From Patescibacteria group bacterium (GTDB taxonomy: Bacteria; Patescibacteriota; UBA1384; XYA2-FULL-43-10; 1-14-0-10-43-13), in assembly GCA_041671645.1 (NCBI GenBank), contig JBAZBD010000001.1:543234-607233 (forward strand): a stretch of 64,000 nt of DNA. Direction: 5' to 3'. The notes below the pieces were generated by a model. The model did not search any database and was not told the DNA's origin. It saw nothing but the letters and a program-made list of their open reading frames with translations. Of the stretch, positions 10,064 through 19,079 are shown piece by piece. The stretch's first letter is position 1, and every line of letters begins with the position of its first letter. The translations under genes were made by a program, and so were the position numbers.

Positions 10064-10960
10064 CTATTTTTTTATTTTTTGTAAATATGCGAAGCATGAC
10101 AAAGCCGCCTTGGCACCCTCACCTGCAGCAATGACTATTTGTTTGTAAGGTGAGTTTGTGACGTCTCCTGCAGCGAACAGGCCAGGGACTGAGGTGGCCT
10201 GGGCAGGGTCGCAGACTATCTGACCTTTCTCATCAATTTTGACAATATTCTCAAATAATCTTCTATCAACTACATATCCAATTTCGATCAGAATGCCGTC
10301 GCTGGTCACTTCTTTCCCATTGTTTAACTTGATTGATTCAACCTTTTTGTCGCCAAGTATCTCGGCAACCTGTACATTGTTGATAATCTCAATATTTTTT
10401 AATGCTGAAAGTTTTTCCATCAGCGCTTCCTCGGCCTTGAAAACCTCTCTTTTGGAGAGAATATTTACCTGTTTGGCAAAAGCTGCAGCGGTGATAGCGG
10501 CGCTAACTGCTGAATTACCGTCCCCTACAATCGAAAGGATCTTGCCTTTGAAAAACGGGGCATCGCAGGTGGCGCAGTATGAAACACCATGACCTTTGAG
10601 CTTTTCCTCGCCAGGGACTCCAAGTTCGCGAGGTTTCTTGCCCAAAGCTAATATCAGGGTCTTGCCCTGTACTTCTTTGGCCGAGGTTTGAACGACGAAA
10701 ACATCATCTTTCTTTTCGATTGATTTTGCTTCGCTGAAGATAAATTCAACACCAAAATTCTTTGATTGGTCAAATATCTTCTTGGCCAATTCGGCACCAG
10801 TGATCAAGCCTAGGCCTGGGTAGTTTTCGATCTCGCTGGTCTTGGTAATCTGACCGCCAATATCGAGAGATATGACAGCAGTTTTGAGCCCTCTTCTAGC
10901 CGTATACATTCCTGCAGATAGGCCTGCCGGTCCGCCACCGATTATTACAACATCATACAT
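10064..10960 (-). CDS. trxB: Thioredoxin-disulfide reductase
   Basis: FAD motif 'VVIIGGGPAGLSAG' and redox-active 'CATCDAPFF' CxxC. Confidence 0.9.
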   Translation of the reverse strand: MYDVVIIGGGPAGLSAGMYTARRGLKTAVISLDIGGQITKTSEIENYPGLGLITGAELAKKIFDQSKNFGVEFIFSEAKSIEKKDDVFVVQTSAKEVQGKTLILALGKKPRELGVPGEEKLKGHGVSYCATCDAPFFKGKILSIVGDGNSAVSAAITAAAFAKQVNILSKREVFKAEEALMEKLSALKNIEIINNVQVAEILGDKKVESIKLNNGKEVTSDGILIEIGYVVDRRLFENIVKIDEKGQIVCDPAQATSVPGLFAAGDVTNSPYKQIVIAAGEGAKAALSCFAYLQKIKK

Positions 10961-11004
10961 AAAACAGTTCCAATTAATGAATGCCTGATCATATTATTAC
11001 AATT

Positions 11005-11283
11005 TCAGCTCTTGTGCAACCAAAACATGTTGGTCTCGATTCGAACAAAAAGGAACTTCAAGACCATCCAAATGATCTCGCCAATATGCATCGTAGCGGG
11101 CCAGGCTCCTGGGATGAATAATAAGATTAGGATCAAAAATATCCAGTGTCCGTGCTTCAAAAGCCCTATAATTGAGCCTGCCAGAAGCAACAAAATCAGC
11201 AATGAAATAAAGAATTGCCCTTCAGGTGAGAAGCGCGAGATGAAATTGTCATAAAATTTGAAGGAGGCGTAGATTGGATCCAT
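11005..11283 (-). CDS. Small hypothetical membrane protein
   Basis: 92 aa with two or three hydrophobic helices and no recognisable motif. Confidence 0.35.
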   Translation of the reverse strand: MDPIYASFKFYDNFISRFSPEGQFFISLLILLLLAGSIIGLLKHGHWIFLILILLFIPGAWPATMHIGEIIWMVLKFLFVRIETNMFWLHKS

Positions 11284-11400
11284 AAGTTTAAGCTGGTGGG
11301 ATTCCCTGATGTCCAGAAATTAATAAGGCGAGTAGCCCTGCGAACAGAGCTAAAAGGCCGTAAATGAACTTGTATATTAGACTTCTCTCGTCTTTCGGCA

Positions 11401-12240
11401 TTACTTTTTGCCCACCACTACAACCAAGTCGGATGTGCCGACAACTGTATTGTCCATCACAGTGGTTACAGAATATGTTGGCAATGCGTCCTTGACCAAA
11501 TTCGCTTCGGCCTGTTTGCCTTCATGGAAATATATGATCGTGGTGGCATAAGTGAACTTTTTGGCGTTGGTAGTGCTTGTGATCTTGAATCCTGCAGTTG
11601 TGAGAAGCGAGCTCACTGTAGCAGCTCGACCTGTGACGCCATTGCCGTTCAATACCTTGATCTTGATGGCGGCCTTGTCGATGGTCGGAGTTGTGACAGC
11701 TGGAGTGGTAACGGCTGGAGTAGTAGCAGCAACAGGCGTCGTAGCAGGCGTTGTTTCTGTTTCTGTAGTTTGAGTAGGCGTTGTGGTTTCTTCAGTTGTA
11801 GTGCTTGCTGGCTCCTTCGAGGTGGTGACGGCCGGAGCGCTATCTTTGATAAATATCTTCTTGATCACCGCGAAGTTCTGCCAGACTAGAATACCAACCA
11901 AAACTACAAACAAAGTCCAGAGAAATCCAATGTTCAGCAGAAAAGTTTTTTTGTTTGGCTCTTTCTGCGAAGCCGTCTCGTTTGATTCAGTCATGGCTGG
12001 TGCCTTTTTGGAGTCCTTAAATTGTTTCTTGTCAAAAAACTCGTCGGCCAAGCGGTCGTTGCTTTTCTTCTTCGTCTCCTTGTCGCCTTCTTTGGAACTT
12101 AATTCAACTTCGGGCTCAGGAGGATCTTGAAGCAAATCAACATCAAAAGCGCCAGCTTTGTCAGCTATTTCTGCAATATTTCGCTCTTCAAGTTTTCGCC
12201 TTGGTAGGTGCTTGGGCATGATATCATTCGATATTCCCAT
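11401..12240 (-). CDS. LytR_C domain membrane protein with Thr/Pro-rich linker
   Basis: TM segment, repetitive 'TPATTPVAATTPAVTTPAVTTPT' linker, C-terminal 'KVLNGNGVTGRAATVSSLLTTAGFKI...DLVVVVGKK' LytR_C-like domain. Confidence 0.6.
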   Translation of the reverse strand: MGISNDIMPKHLPRRKLEERNIAEIADKAGAFDVDLLQDPPEPEVELSSKEGDKETKKKSNDRLADEFFDKKQFKDSKKAPAMTESNETASQKEPNKKTFLLNIGFLWTLFVVLVGILVWQNFAVIKKIFIKDSAPAVTTSKEPASTTTEETTTPTQTTETETTPATTPVAATTPAVTTPAVTTPTIDKAAIKIKVLNGNGVTGRAATVSSLLTTAGFKITSTTNAKKFTYATTIIYFHEGKQAEANLVKDALPTYSVTTVMDNTVVGTSDLVVVVGKK

Positions 12241-12300
12241 TTACCCTCCTTTTAGGAATATTATACCAAAACAACATTAGAAATGTCTAACTAAATCAGA

Positions 12301-13161
12301 TTATTGCTGTGACAAACTGTATTTGTTCCAGTCGTCCCCTACCACAAAGACAGTCCCGAGATCGGGGTCAAACAGAGAAAGATAATCAACATCTTCTGGC
12401 TGGATCCCCAGGCACATAGCGGTCAGGACATCTGCTTCGACAGTGTTGATGCTCGAAATCGCGAAATTGGTTGGCAATATGTCCTCGTTGCCGCTCGATG
12501 AGACGACTGTTCTGTGCCCGTCAATGACCGAGAGAGAAACCTTGTACTGCTTGAAAGTCTCGACTATCAATTCCGGGCTACTTAAATTGCTATTATGTTC
12601 CTTGGCGCCAAAAATTCTCTCGAGAAAGCTTGGTGCGTGTGAAGACTCAGCCGGAATAAGGTTTGCCAGTGCTCCAGCAAATTTCCCATCTGTAATCTTT
12701 GGCGTGGCTAGGAGGACTATAAAGTCTGATTCATGAAGAATCTTTGGCACCGAAAGCTCATTCTCACCGGCTTTAATCAAAACCTGCTCCTCTTCGTTGA
12801 GATCAGAGGCTGCAAAATCGTATTGGTCTTGAAATTTTAGATATCCCAAATCCTTGAAAATATCGAGTGTTTTGCCCTTTTCGGCCTGACCGGTTACGGT
12901 AATCTGCCCTTTGACGTGAGGCGTGAGGAAATTTAGCAATGCCTCAAGGACCGAAGCCTCGATAACCTGCTTGCTGGAGGGCCTTGGAATATCGACCATT
13001 ACAACGACGCGGGATTTGTTTTTGATGCTCTTGGTCACCTCGGTCTTGATCAGCGAAAGAGAGCGTTCGATATTGTACGCCGAATCTTTGGAATGTATGT
13101 ATGAGAGTTTTACCATTTTCAGTAATGCCCTAATTAACAACAAAAACTTGGTGCCCCTCAC
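12301..13161 (-). CDS. Hypothetical protein (possibly DUF362-like)
   Basis: 286 aa ORF in a conserved operon position. Weak resemblance to DUF362 only. Start is either GTG at 13161 or ATG at 13116. Confidence 0.35.
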   Translation of the reverse strand: MRGTKFLLLIRALLKMVKLSYIHSKDSAYNIERSLSLIKTEVTKSIKNKSRVVVMVDIPRPSSKQVIEASVLEALLNFLTPHVKGQITVTGQAEKGKTLDIFKDLGYLKFQDQYDFAASDLNEEEQVLIKAGENELSVPKILHESDFIVLLATPKITDGKFAGALANLIPAESSHAPSFLERIFGAKEHNSNLSSPELIVETFKQYKVSLSVIDGHRTVVSSSGNEDILPTNFAISSINTVEADVLTAMCLGIQPEDVDYLSLFDPDLGTVFVVGDDWNKYSLSQQ

Positions 13162-13224
13162 GACACAAAGTTATGTTTTGGTGAATATATTGTACCATAT
13201 TGGTCGAAGTAACAGATCAAGAGC

Positions 13225-13833
13225 TTAGACGAAGCGACGGATCACGCCTCTGACTTTGCCCTGGATTGTGACTCGGTCTCTTTTGAAAAGCATTGGCTTC
13301 ATCGTCTTGTTGGCAGGTTGGAGGCGAATCTTCTCTTTCTCATCATAAAATCTCTTCAGCGTGGCATTAGCATTGTCGATCAGGGCAACCACGATCTCGC
13401 CGTTTCTTGGGCTTGCCGTCTGCTCAATGATGACGTAGTCGCCGTCCAGTATTCCGTCGTCAATCATCGATTCACCTCTGACCCTGAGAGCGAAGGTACG
13501 CTTGCCCATCATGTCTCTGGGTATGTCAATCGTTTCATTGGTCCGGATCGCTTCTATCGGCCTTCCAGCGTCGATCACACCCATCAGAATGACTGAGTGC
13601 ATCTCGACGCCGTCGTCGAAGGTTGGCGTGAGCTGGATAGCACGGGCTTCCATCGCGTCCTTGGTCAAATAGCCCTTCTCCTCCAGAATATTGACATATT
13701 CGGCAATCGTACCAGTCGAAGAGAGCTCAAAATAATGCGCAATCTCTCGATAACTTGGCGCGTAGCCATTGTCATCGATGAAATGACGAATAAATTCTAA
13801 GATGTCCTTTTGTTTGCGAGTTAGCGGCTCCAT
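13225..13833 (-). CDS. lexA: SOS repressor LexA
   Basis: N-terminal wHTH 'LTRKQKDILEFI...GYAPSYREIA', C-terminal S24 peptidase with 'VRGESMID' Ser and 'TLKRF' Lys. Start is ATG 13833 ('MEPLTRKQ'). Confidence 0.9.
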   Translation of the reverse strand: MEPLTRKQKDILEFIRHFIDDNGYAPSYREIAHYFELSSTGTIAEYVNILEEKGYLTKDAMEARAIQLTPTFDDGVEMHSVILMGVIDAGRPIEAIRTNETIDIPRDMMGKRTFALRVRGESMIDDGILDGDYVIIEQTASPRNGEIVVALIDNANATLKRFYDEKEKIRLQPANKTMKPMLFKRDRVTIQGKVRGVIRRFV

Positions 13834-13858
13834 ATTTGCTCCTTTGTTCGTGTTTTGT

Positions 13859-13871
13859 TTGGATAATCCAA
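13859..13871 (-). promoter_or_regulatory. Candidate LexA operator (perfect palindrome TTGGATtATCCAA) overlapping the lexA promoter
   Basis: On the minus strand: TTGATT, a 17-nt spacer, TATAAT, then immediately the 13-bp palindrome, then SD GGAG and ATG. Confidence 0.35.
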
Positions 13872-14303
13872 TTATAGAATTAGACCGAACAAAAATCAAA
13901 CAAAAGACTGTGGATAAATATATCACGAGAGTGATATTGCGCTCTTGACGGCCAGATAGGATCAGAGTATAACGATAAGCAGGGTGGTTTACGACAGATA
14001 GGTCCCCAGAAAAAGTTTAGTTCGCTCACATTGAACGACAAGACAATCTTCTTAAGTTCGTTAGTAGCTTTGATTTCGGTCGAAAGATCGAGCACCTACT
14101 CCCTTTAAAAGGGAAAAACGTCATTGTCGCAGTCTTGAGTTCAACTTAAATTGTGTTTCGACTAAATCGATTCGTCTTCCCCAGGAAAATTTTATATTGT
14201 TACTGTCGTAACCCCCAAGCACTCATTCGCCTCTATTCGAGGCACAAACCGAAAGACTCAGCATTTGCTTGAGTCTTTTGACTTTTAACCCCCGTATTTA
14301 GTC

Positions 14304-14332
14304 TTGACAAAAATTGCAAAACAGTCTATTGT
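14304..14332 (+). promoter_or_regulatory. Sigma70-type promoter in the lexA-rlmD gap
   Basis: TTGACA, a 17-nt spacer, then TATTGT. Confidence 0.4.
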
Positions 14333-14338
14333 GTATGA

Positions 14339-14525
14339 GCCCAGGGAACTGTGTGCTACACAAGATATTGGATGAGACCCGGGTCATGACTTGGGGAAGC
14401 CTGACTCTGCGGAGTCCAATATTTAGTGTGCAACGCACACAGGAGCAAGCCGTTTGGGGTTGCCAGACCCCAATATGTGCCGATGGGGATGTTAACACTA
14501 TGTTTTCATCCCCATTCGTCTTTCT
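14339..14525 (+). ncRNA. Candidate structured ncRNA of unknown family
   Basis: Begins just after the promoter. Contains a long imperfect roughly 100-nt hairpin (CTGTGTGC...GCACACAG with inner CACA/ATATTGGA pairings), a second hairpin TTGGGG-N8-CCCCAA, and a terminal GGGGATG...CATCCCC hairpin followed by a U-rich stretch. No coding potential. Confidence 0.3.
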
Positions 14526-15813
14526 ACGAGATTAGGCCTACACATTCGAGATGATAAGTTTGCGGAAACATGTCCAGAGATTGGACTTTTTTTAATTCCC
14601 GACCATATTTTTGAAATTCTATAATGTCTCGCGCAAAGGTTGCTGGATCACAGGAAACATAAACTAGTCGGGAGTTAGGGGCTGAGAGTTTGGAGAGAGA
14701 TTCAATCAGCTCAACTGTTAGGCCTGCACGAGGTGGATCAATAACTACGACATCAAATTTTTCGTTAAATAACTCTGACTGATCGCCCCTACCTAAATCA
14801 GCCAATTTGAACTCAATATTTGGTACTTTATTAATCTTGGCGTTGGCCTTTGCATCATTAACGGCTTGTTGGTTTAACTCTATGCCGACGACCTTCTTGG
14901 CAAAAGTTGAGAGATAGATCCCAATAGTTCCCGTACCGCAAAAAAGATCGAGTACGCTCTCCCCTATTTTGACATCGGCAAATTTCTTGATCAGGTCATA
15001 GAGAATCTCGACATTTGCCCCATTGGTCTGGAAAGATGACTCTGGAGAGATTGTGAAAGTGTATTTGCCAATCTTCTCAGATATGGCGGTAGCGCCTGAT
15101 AATAGATTTCTACGCACTCGTCTATCTACTTCATAGCAATGATAAATTGATTTGATATTTGGGATTTGCGACAGCTTTTCTCTGAGCTCCACTGTATTTG
15201 CCAGTTGACTTGAACTAGTAAATATTTCGACCATGTAATCATCGGTCCTTTTGCCCTCACGGAGTCTCAGTGACCTTAGATTTTTGATTTCATTCTCGTT
15301 TGCCCAATCTACGACTGCATTCATGATCAATATGGCAGTCTCGGACTGAAGCAAGCAGGTCTTGATCGGAATTAACTTCTTATAATCGAGATAATCGTAC
15401 ATCGCTAGCGATATCTGGCCGTCAACTTCCATGAATTGGAAGGAAATGGTGTTGCGATAATAGAAATCAGAGCGGCTTGAAATTATCGGCAAAATTTCGG
15501 TCTCTACCTTTTGGCGCTCCAGAGTTTCCTTAAAATACGCCTCTTTGAATTTTAATTGATCTGCGTATCCAATATTTTGAAAATCACAGCCACCGCACTC
15601 GGCAAAATGAGGACATTTGGGTTCAATACGTAATTTCGAAGGCTCAATAACTTTAACTATTCTTGCTTCAGCATATTTCTTCTTGTCTTTGATAACCTCA
15701 ACTTCCAGGGTGTCACCTGGGACTGATTTCTTCACGAAAATGGCTCGGCCATTCTCATCGTGGCCAAGCCCAAATCCTTCGTAGATCAACTTTTCTATTT
15801 TTAGAATCATCAA
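14524..15813 (-). CDS. rlmD: 23S rRNA (uracil-C5)-methyltransferase RlmD/RumA family
   Basis: TRAM domain, Fe-S cysteines 'CPHFAECGGCDFQ', SAM motif 'DLFCGTGTIG'. Confidence 0.85.
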   Translation of the reverse strand: MMILKIEKLIYEGFGLGHDENGRAIFVKKSVPGDTLEVEVIKDKKKYAEARIVKVIEPSKLRIEPKCPHFAECGGCDFQNIGYADQLKFKEAYFKETLERQKVETEILPIISSRSDFYYRNTISFQFMEVDGQISLAMYDYLDYKKLIPIKTCLLQSETAILIMNAVVDWANENEIKNLRSLRLREGKRTDDYMVEIFTSSSQLANTVELREKLSQIPNIKSIYHCYEVDRRVRRNLLSGATAISEKIGKYTFTISPESSFQTNGANVEILYDLIKKFADVKIGESVLDLFCGTGTIGIYLSTFAKKVVGIELNQQAVNDAKANAKINKVPNIEFKLADLGRGDQSELFNEKFDVVVIDPPRAGLTVELIESLSKLSAPNSRLVYVSCDPATFARDIIEFQKYGRELKKVQSLDMFPQTYHLECVGLIS

Positions 15814-15817
15814 AAAT

Positions 15818-17119
15818 CTATTTTTTGCATTCGCATTTGATCAAGCGGTCTTTGACTGCTTCAACCAAATCTTTAGCCTGATAGACTTCCTGGGAAGAAC
15901 CCTCGAGGTCACGAAGAATGATTTCGTCTTTGACTGCTTCCTGCTGGCCGATCATAATAGCGTATTTGGCGCCGAGTTTGCTGGCTGATCTCATCTGCTG
16001 ACGCAAGCCATCATTTGATGGGACAAAATATACGTTGATATCATTGTTGGATAGTTCGTCATAAATCTTCTTCGAAACTTCTTTGGCCTTCTCACCAAGC
16101 TGGAGGATGCAGACCTCGACGCCTCGGGTTTTGGCAGGCTTAATCCCCTGCTCCTTCATGAGTGCAATAATTCGCTCGATACCGAAGGAATAGCCAACAG
16201 CTGGAGTCTTGGCGCCGCCTAGAAGTTCGGCCAAGCCATTGTAGCGACCGCCGCCGACGATTGTACCCTGTCTGGCCTTGTCGTCCTGCGAAACGATCTC
16301 GAAAACGGTGTTGGTATAGTAATCAAGACCGCGGACAAGTGTAGGAGCTAGATCATATTTGATATCGAAATAGTCCAGAAGCTCTAGCGTGTGTTGGAAA
16401 TGTTTCTTGCACTCTGGGCAGAGAGTGTCGAGCATGATTGGTGCGCCTTTGGCAATCTCCTGGCAACTTTCTGACTTGCAGTCCAGAAGTCTAAGCGGAT
16501 TAGACTCATATCGATTTTGGCAATCTGGGCAGGATTTGTCTAAGTGCTCTTTGTAGTATTTCTTCAGTTTGGCTAGATATTTTGGTCGGCATTTGGGGCA
16601 ACCGATTGAATTGGTATTTACCACCAGATTTTTGAGTCCTAGCCGAGTTAGAATTTCCCAAGCGGACATGATAGCTAGGTAATCGGATTCAGCGCTTTCA
16701 TCACCAAATATTTCGACTCCGCCCTGATAAAACTCGCGGAATCGACCCTTTTGAGGTCTTTCGTGACGAAACATTGCACCAAGATAATAGAGCCGCACTG
16801 GCTGTGGCCAGCTGCTCATGCCGTTTTGGATATATGACCTGACGGCGCCAGCAGTACCTTCTGGGCGAAGACAGAGCTTGATCGCCTCATCATCATTTCG
16901 GGATTCGAGTGTAAACATCTCCTTCTGGACGATATCTGTTTGCTCGCCGATGCCCTTCTTGTAGATTTCAGAATTCTCGAAATGAGGGAGATCGAGACGG
17001 CCAAAGCCTAGTCCGGAAAGAGTTTTCTCAGTGACAGCTCGGATAGTCTGCCAGTATGGCTGTTCGTCTGGAAGTATATCTTTGGTCCCTCGTGGGGTCT
17101 GAAAATTTAACTTTGACAT
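15818..17119 (-). CDS. hisS: Histidine--tRNA ligase
   Basis: Class II aaRS motifs 'LRPEGTAG' and 'GGGRYNGL', plus a C-terminal anticodon-binding domain. Confidence 0.95.
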   Translation of the reverse strand: MSKLNFQTPRGTKDILPDEQPYWQTIRAVTEKTLSGLGFGRLDLPHFENSEIYKKGIGEQTDIVQKEMFTLESRNDDEAIKLCLRPEGTAGAVRSYIQNGMSSWPQPVRLYYLGAMFRHERPQKGRFREFYQGGVEIFGDESAESDYLAIMSAWEILTRLGLKNLVVNTNSIGCPKCRPKYLAKLKKYYKEHLDKSCPDCQNRYESNPLRLLDCKSESCQEIAKGAPIMLDTLCPECKKHFQHTLELLDYFDIKYDLAPTLVRGLDYYTNTVFEIVSQDDKARQGTIVGGGRYNGLAELLGGAKTPAVGYSFGIERIIALMKEQGIKPAKTRGVEVCILQLGEKAKEVSKKIYDELSNNDINVYFVPSNDGLRQQMRSASKLGAKYAIMIGQQEAVKDEIILRDLEGSSQEVYQAKDLVEAVKDRLIKCECKK

Positions 17120-17195
17120 CGTGTTCTCCCTATTAACTAATCTTGCCTCATGTTAGCAAGACCATAATCAAAAATCAAATGTGATCGGCACTATT

Positions 17196-19070
17196 TTAGA
17201 TCTCAATCAGCCTTTTGGGGTCAACGCCGGTAAGACGTTTGCAACCCTGTCGGTGAACCTTGAGCACATGCTCTCTTCCGATATAGCCGACAAGCTTATC
17301 AGTCGGCTTGGGCTTGCAGCAATTAGCATATTCGTACCTGATCCCAACGAGATTTTTGGGCTCTGCCGTCGTGGGAGCGAATATTTTCTTCTTTTTTTGT
17401 TCTGTTGTGACTAGCTCAGGATTGATCGCTTTGGCCAGACGGACGGCTTTGAGTCCATTTTCGCCAACGGCGATCAGGGCTTGTTTGATAGATTTGTAGG
17501 GCAATCTCTCGTCTTTGAGTCGATCGTTTTCGGAGACTTCCTTCTTCAGTCCAAATTTCCTGTAAATATCCTGAAGCCTGCGGATTCCTCGCGAGAGCAA
17601 ACTTTGCTCTTCTTTCTTGCGCAAGAACGCCCGGATATGTTGCTTGGCCTGCGAAGTGACGGCGAGGCGGAGCCATTCGCGTTTGGGCAAATTGTTCTTG
17701 TTGACCAGAAGCTCTAGTGTATCGCCAGTCTGAAGAGGAGTATTGATCGAAATTAGTCGGCCGTTCACTCTAGCGCCCGATAAGTGGTTTCCTAAATCTG
17801 AATGAATTCGATAAGCAAAATCAATTGCGACTGCCCCCTTGGGAAGCCTGACAATATCCCCTTTTGGGGTGAAGACGAATATCTGATCAGCAAACAATTG
17901 GTCTTTGAGCTCAGTCAGGAAGGCGCCGTTGTCGTTGATTTCTTTGAGTTTGACCAGTTCCTTGGCCCAGCCGAGCTGAATCGCCTTGGAGGAGCTGCCG
18001 TGGGCTGACTCTTTGTAGCCCCAGTGTGATGTTAGCGGGCCATACTCGGCCAATTCGTGCATCTCGGGAGTTCTAATCTGGACTTCGAAGACATTATTGC
18101 TGCGGGATTTGACGGTAGTATGAATCGATTGATAACCGTTGCTCTTGGGCTTGGCAATATAATCATTGATCTGATTTGGGACTGGTTCGTAGAGCGAATG
18201 GACAAGGCCGAGAGCCTGGTAGCATTCGCCAACAGTCTTCACGATTAGACGCATCGCCACGATATCATAGACTGTCTTCAAGCTGCCTCTGCGCTCAATC
18301 TTTTTGTACAAACTGTACTGTCCCTTGGTCCGACCAGAAATGCTGATTAGCCGTATCCCCTCTTTTTCCAAGTTGCGCTTAACCTCTGGGATCAATTTGG
18401 TGATGGCTTTCTCTGGGTTTTGATAGATTGAGGCCGCTTCTTCCATAAATTTGGAATATTCCTTCGGGTAAGCATAAGGAAATGCAGTGTCCTCAAGGAG
18501 CGTCTTGATCTTGCCCATACCAAGTCTCTCGGCAATTGGAGCGAAGATCTCAATCGTCTCTCTGGCGTAGAATTTTTGCTTCTCTGGCTTCAGATGCTTG
18601 ACCGTCTTGATATTGTCGAGACGATCGTAGAGCTTGACGATAATAGCGCCTGGATTGGTGGTTAGAGCGAAGATAATCTTGCGATAATTGTCAGCCTGCT
18701 CCAAAAACCTCTCGTCATCGTCAAAGATCTTTGATTTGTCGTTGAGTTTGACCTTCGAGACCTTGGTCACACCCAGGACGATATTGCAGACGGTATCGCC
18801 AAAAAGCCCGCGGATTTCTTCCTCGGTACCGGTAGTGTCCTCAATAACATCATGCAGAAGGCCGGCAATAGCCAGAGAGACATTGTAGCCGTCTCGAAGT
18901 AAAGCTAGAGCGACTCTTTTGGGGTGCTCGATATATGGGATGCCAGAGAGACGTTTTTGGTCAATGTGCTTGGTCTTGGCAAAATTATAGGCATGAGTTA
19001 GGTCATTTATCTCGGATACCTTAAACGAACCCAAGAAGGGACCGAATGATTTTGGTAGAGCTTGTGACAT
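17196..19070 (-). CDS. rel: Bifunctional (p)ppGpp synthetase/hydrolase Rel/SpoT
   Basis: HD hydrolase 'HDVIEDT', RelA/SpoT synthetase core 'GRTKGQYSLYKK', and a TGS domain. Confidence 0.9.
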   Translation of the reverse strand: MSQALPKSFGPFLGSFKVSEINDLTHAYNFAKTKHIDQKRLSGIPYIEHPKRVALALLRDGYNVSLAIAGLLHDVIEDTTGTEEEIRGLFGDTVCNIVLGVTKVSKVKLNDKSKIFDDDERFLEQADNYRKIIFALTTNPGAIIVKLYDRLDNIKTVKHLKPEKQKFYARETIEIFAPIAERLGMGKIKTLLEDTAFPYAYPKEYSKFMEEAASIYQNPEKAITKLIPEVKRNLEKEGIRLISISGRTKGQYSLYKKIERRGSLKTVYDIVAMRLIVKTVGECYQALGLVHSLYEPVPNQINDYIAKPKSNGYQSIHTTVKSRSNNVFEVQIRTPEMHELAEYGPLTSHWGYKESAHGSSSKAIQLGWAKELVKLKEINDNGAFLTELKDQLFADQIFVFTPKGDIVRLPKGAVAIDFAYRIHSDLGNHLSGARVNGRLISINTPLQTGDTLELLVNKNNLPKREWLRLAVTSQAKQHIRAFLRKKEEQSLLSRGIRRLQDIYRKFGLKKEVSENDRLKDERLPYKSIKQALIAVGENGLKAVRLAKAINPELVTTEQKKKKIFAPTTAEPKNLVGIRYEYANCCKPKPTDKLVGYIGREHVLKVHRQGCKRLTGVDPKRLIEI

Positions 19071-19079
19071 TATACTTCC

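Noticed and set aside
13927-14523. Possible tmRNA or RNase P RNA in the long non-coding gap
   Set aside because: No GGGG...GGAUUCGAC 5' end paired with a ...UCCACCA 3' end and no tag-peptide reading frame for tmRNA. No RNase P P4 motifs (AGGAAAGUCCGGGC / ACAGAACCCGGCUUA). The candidate transcript is only about 185 nt.
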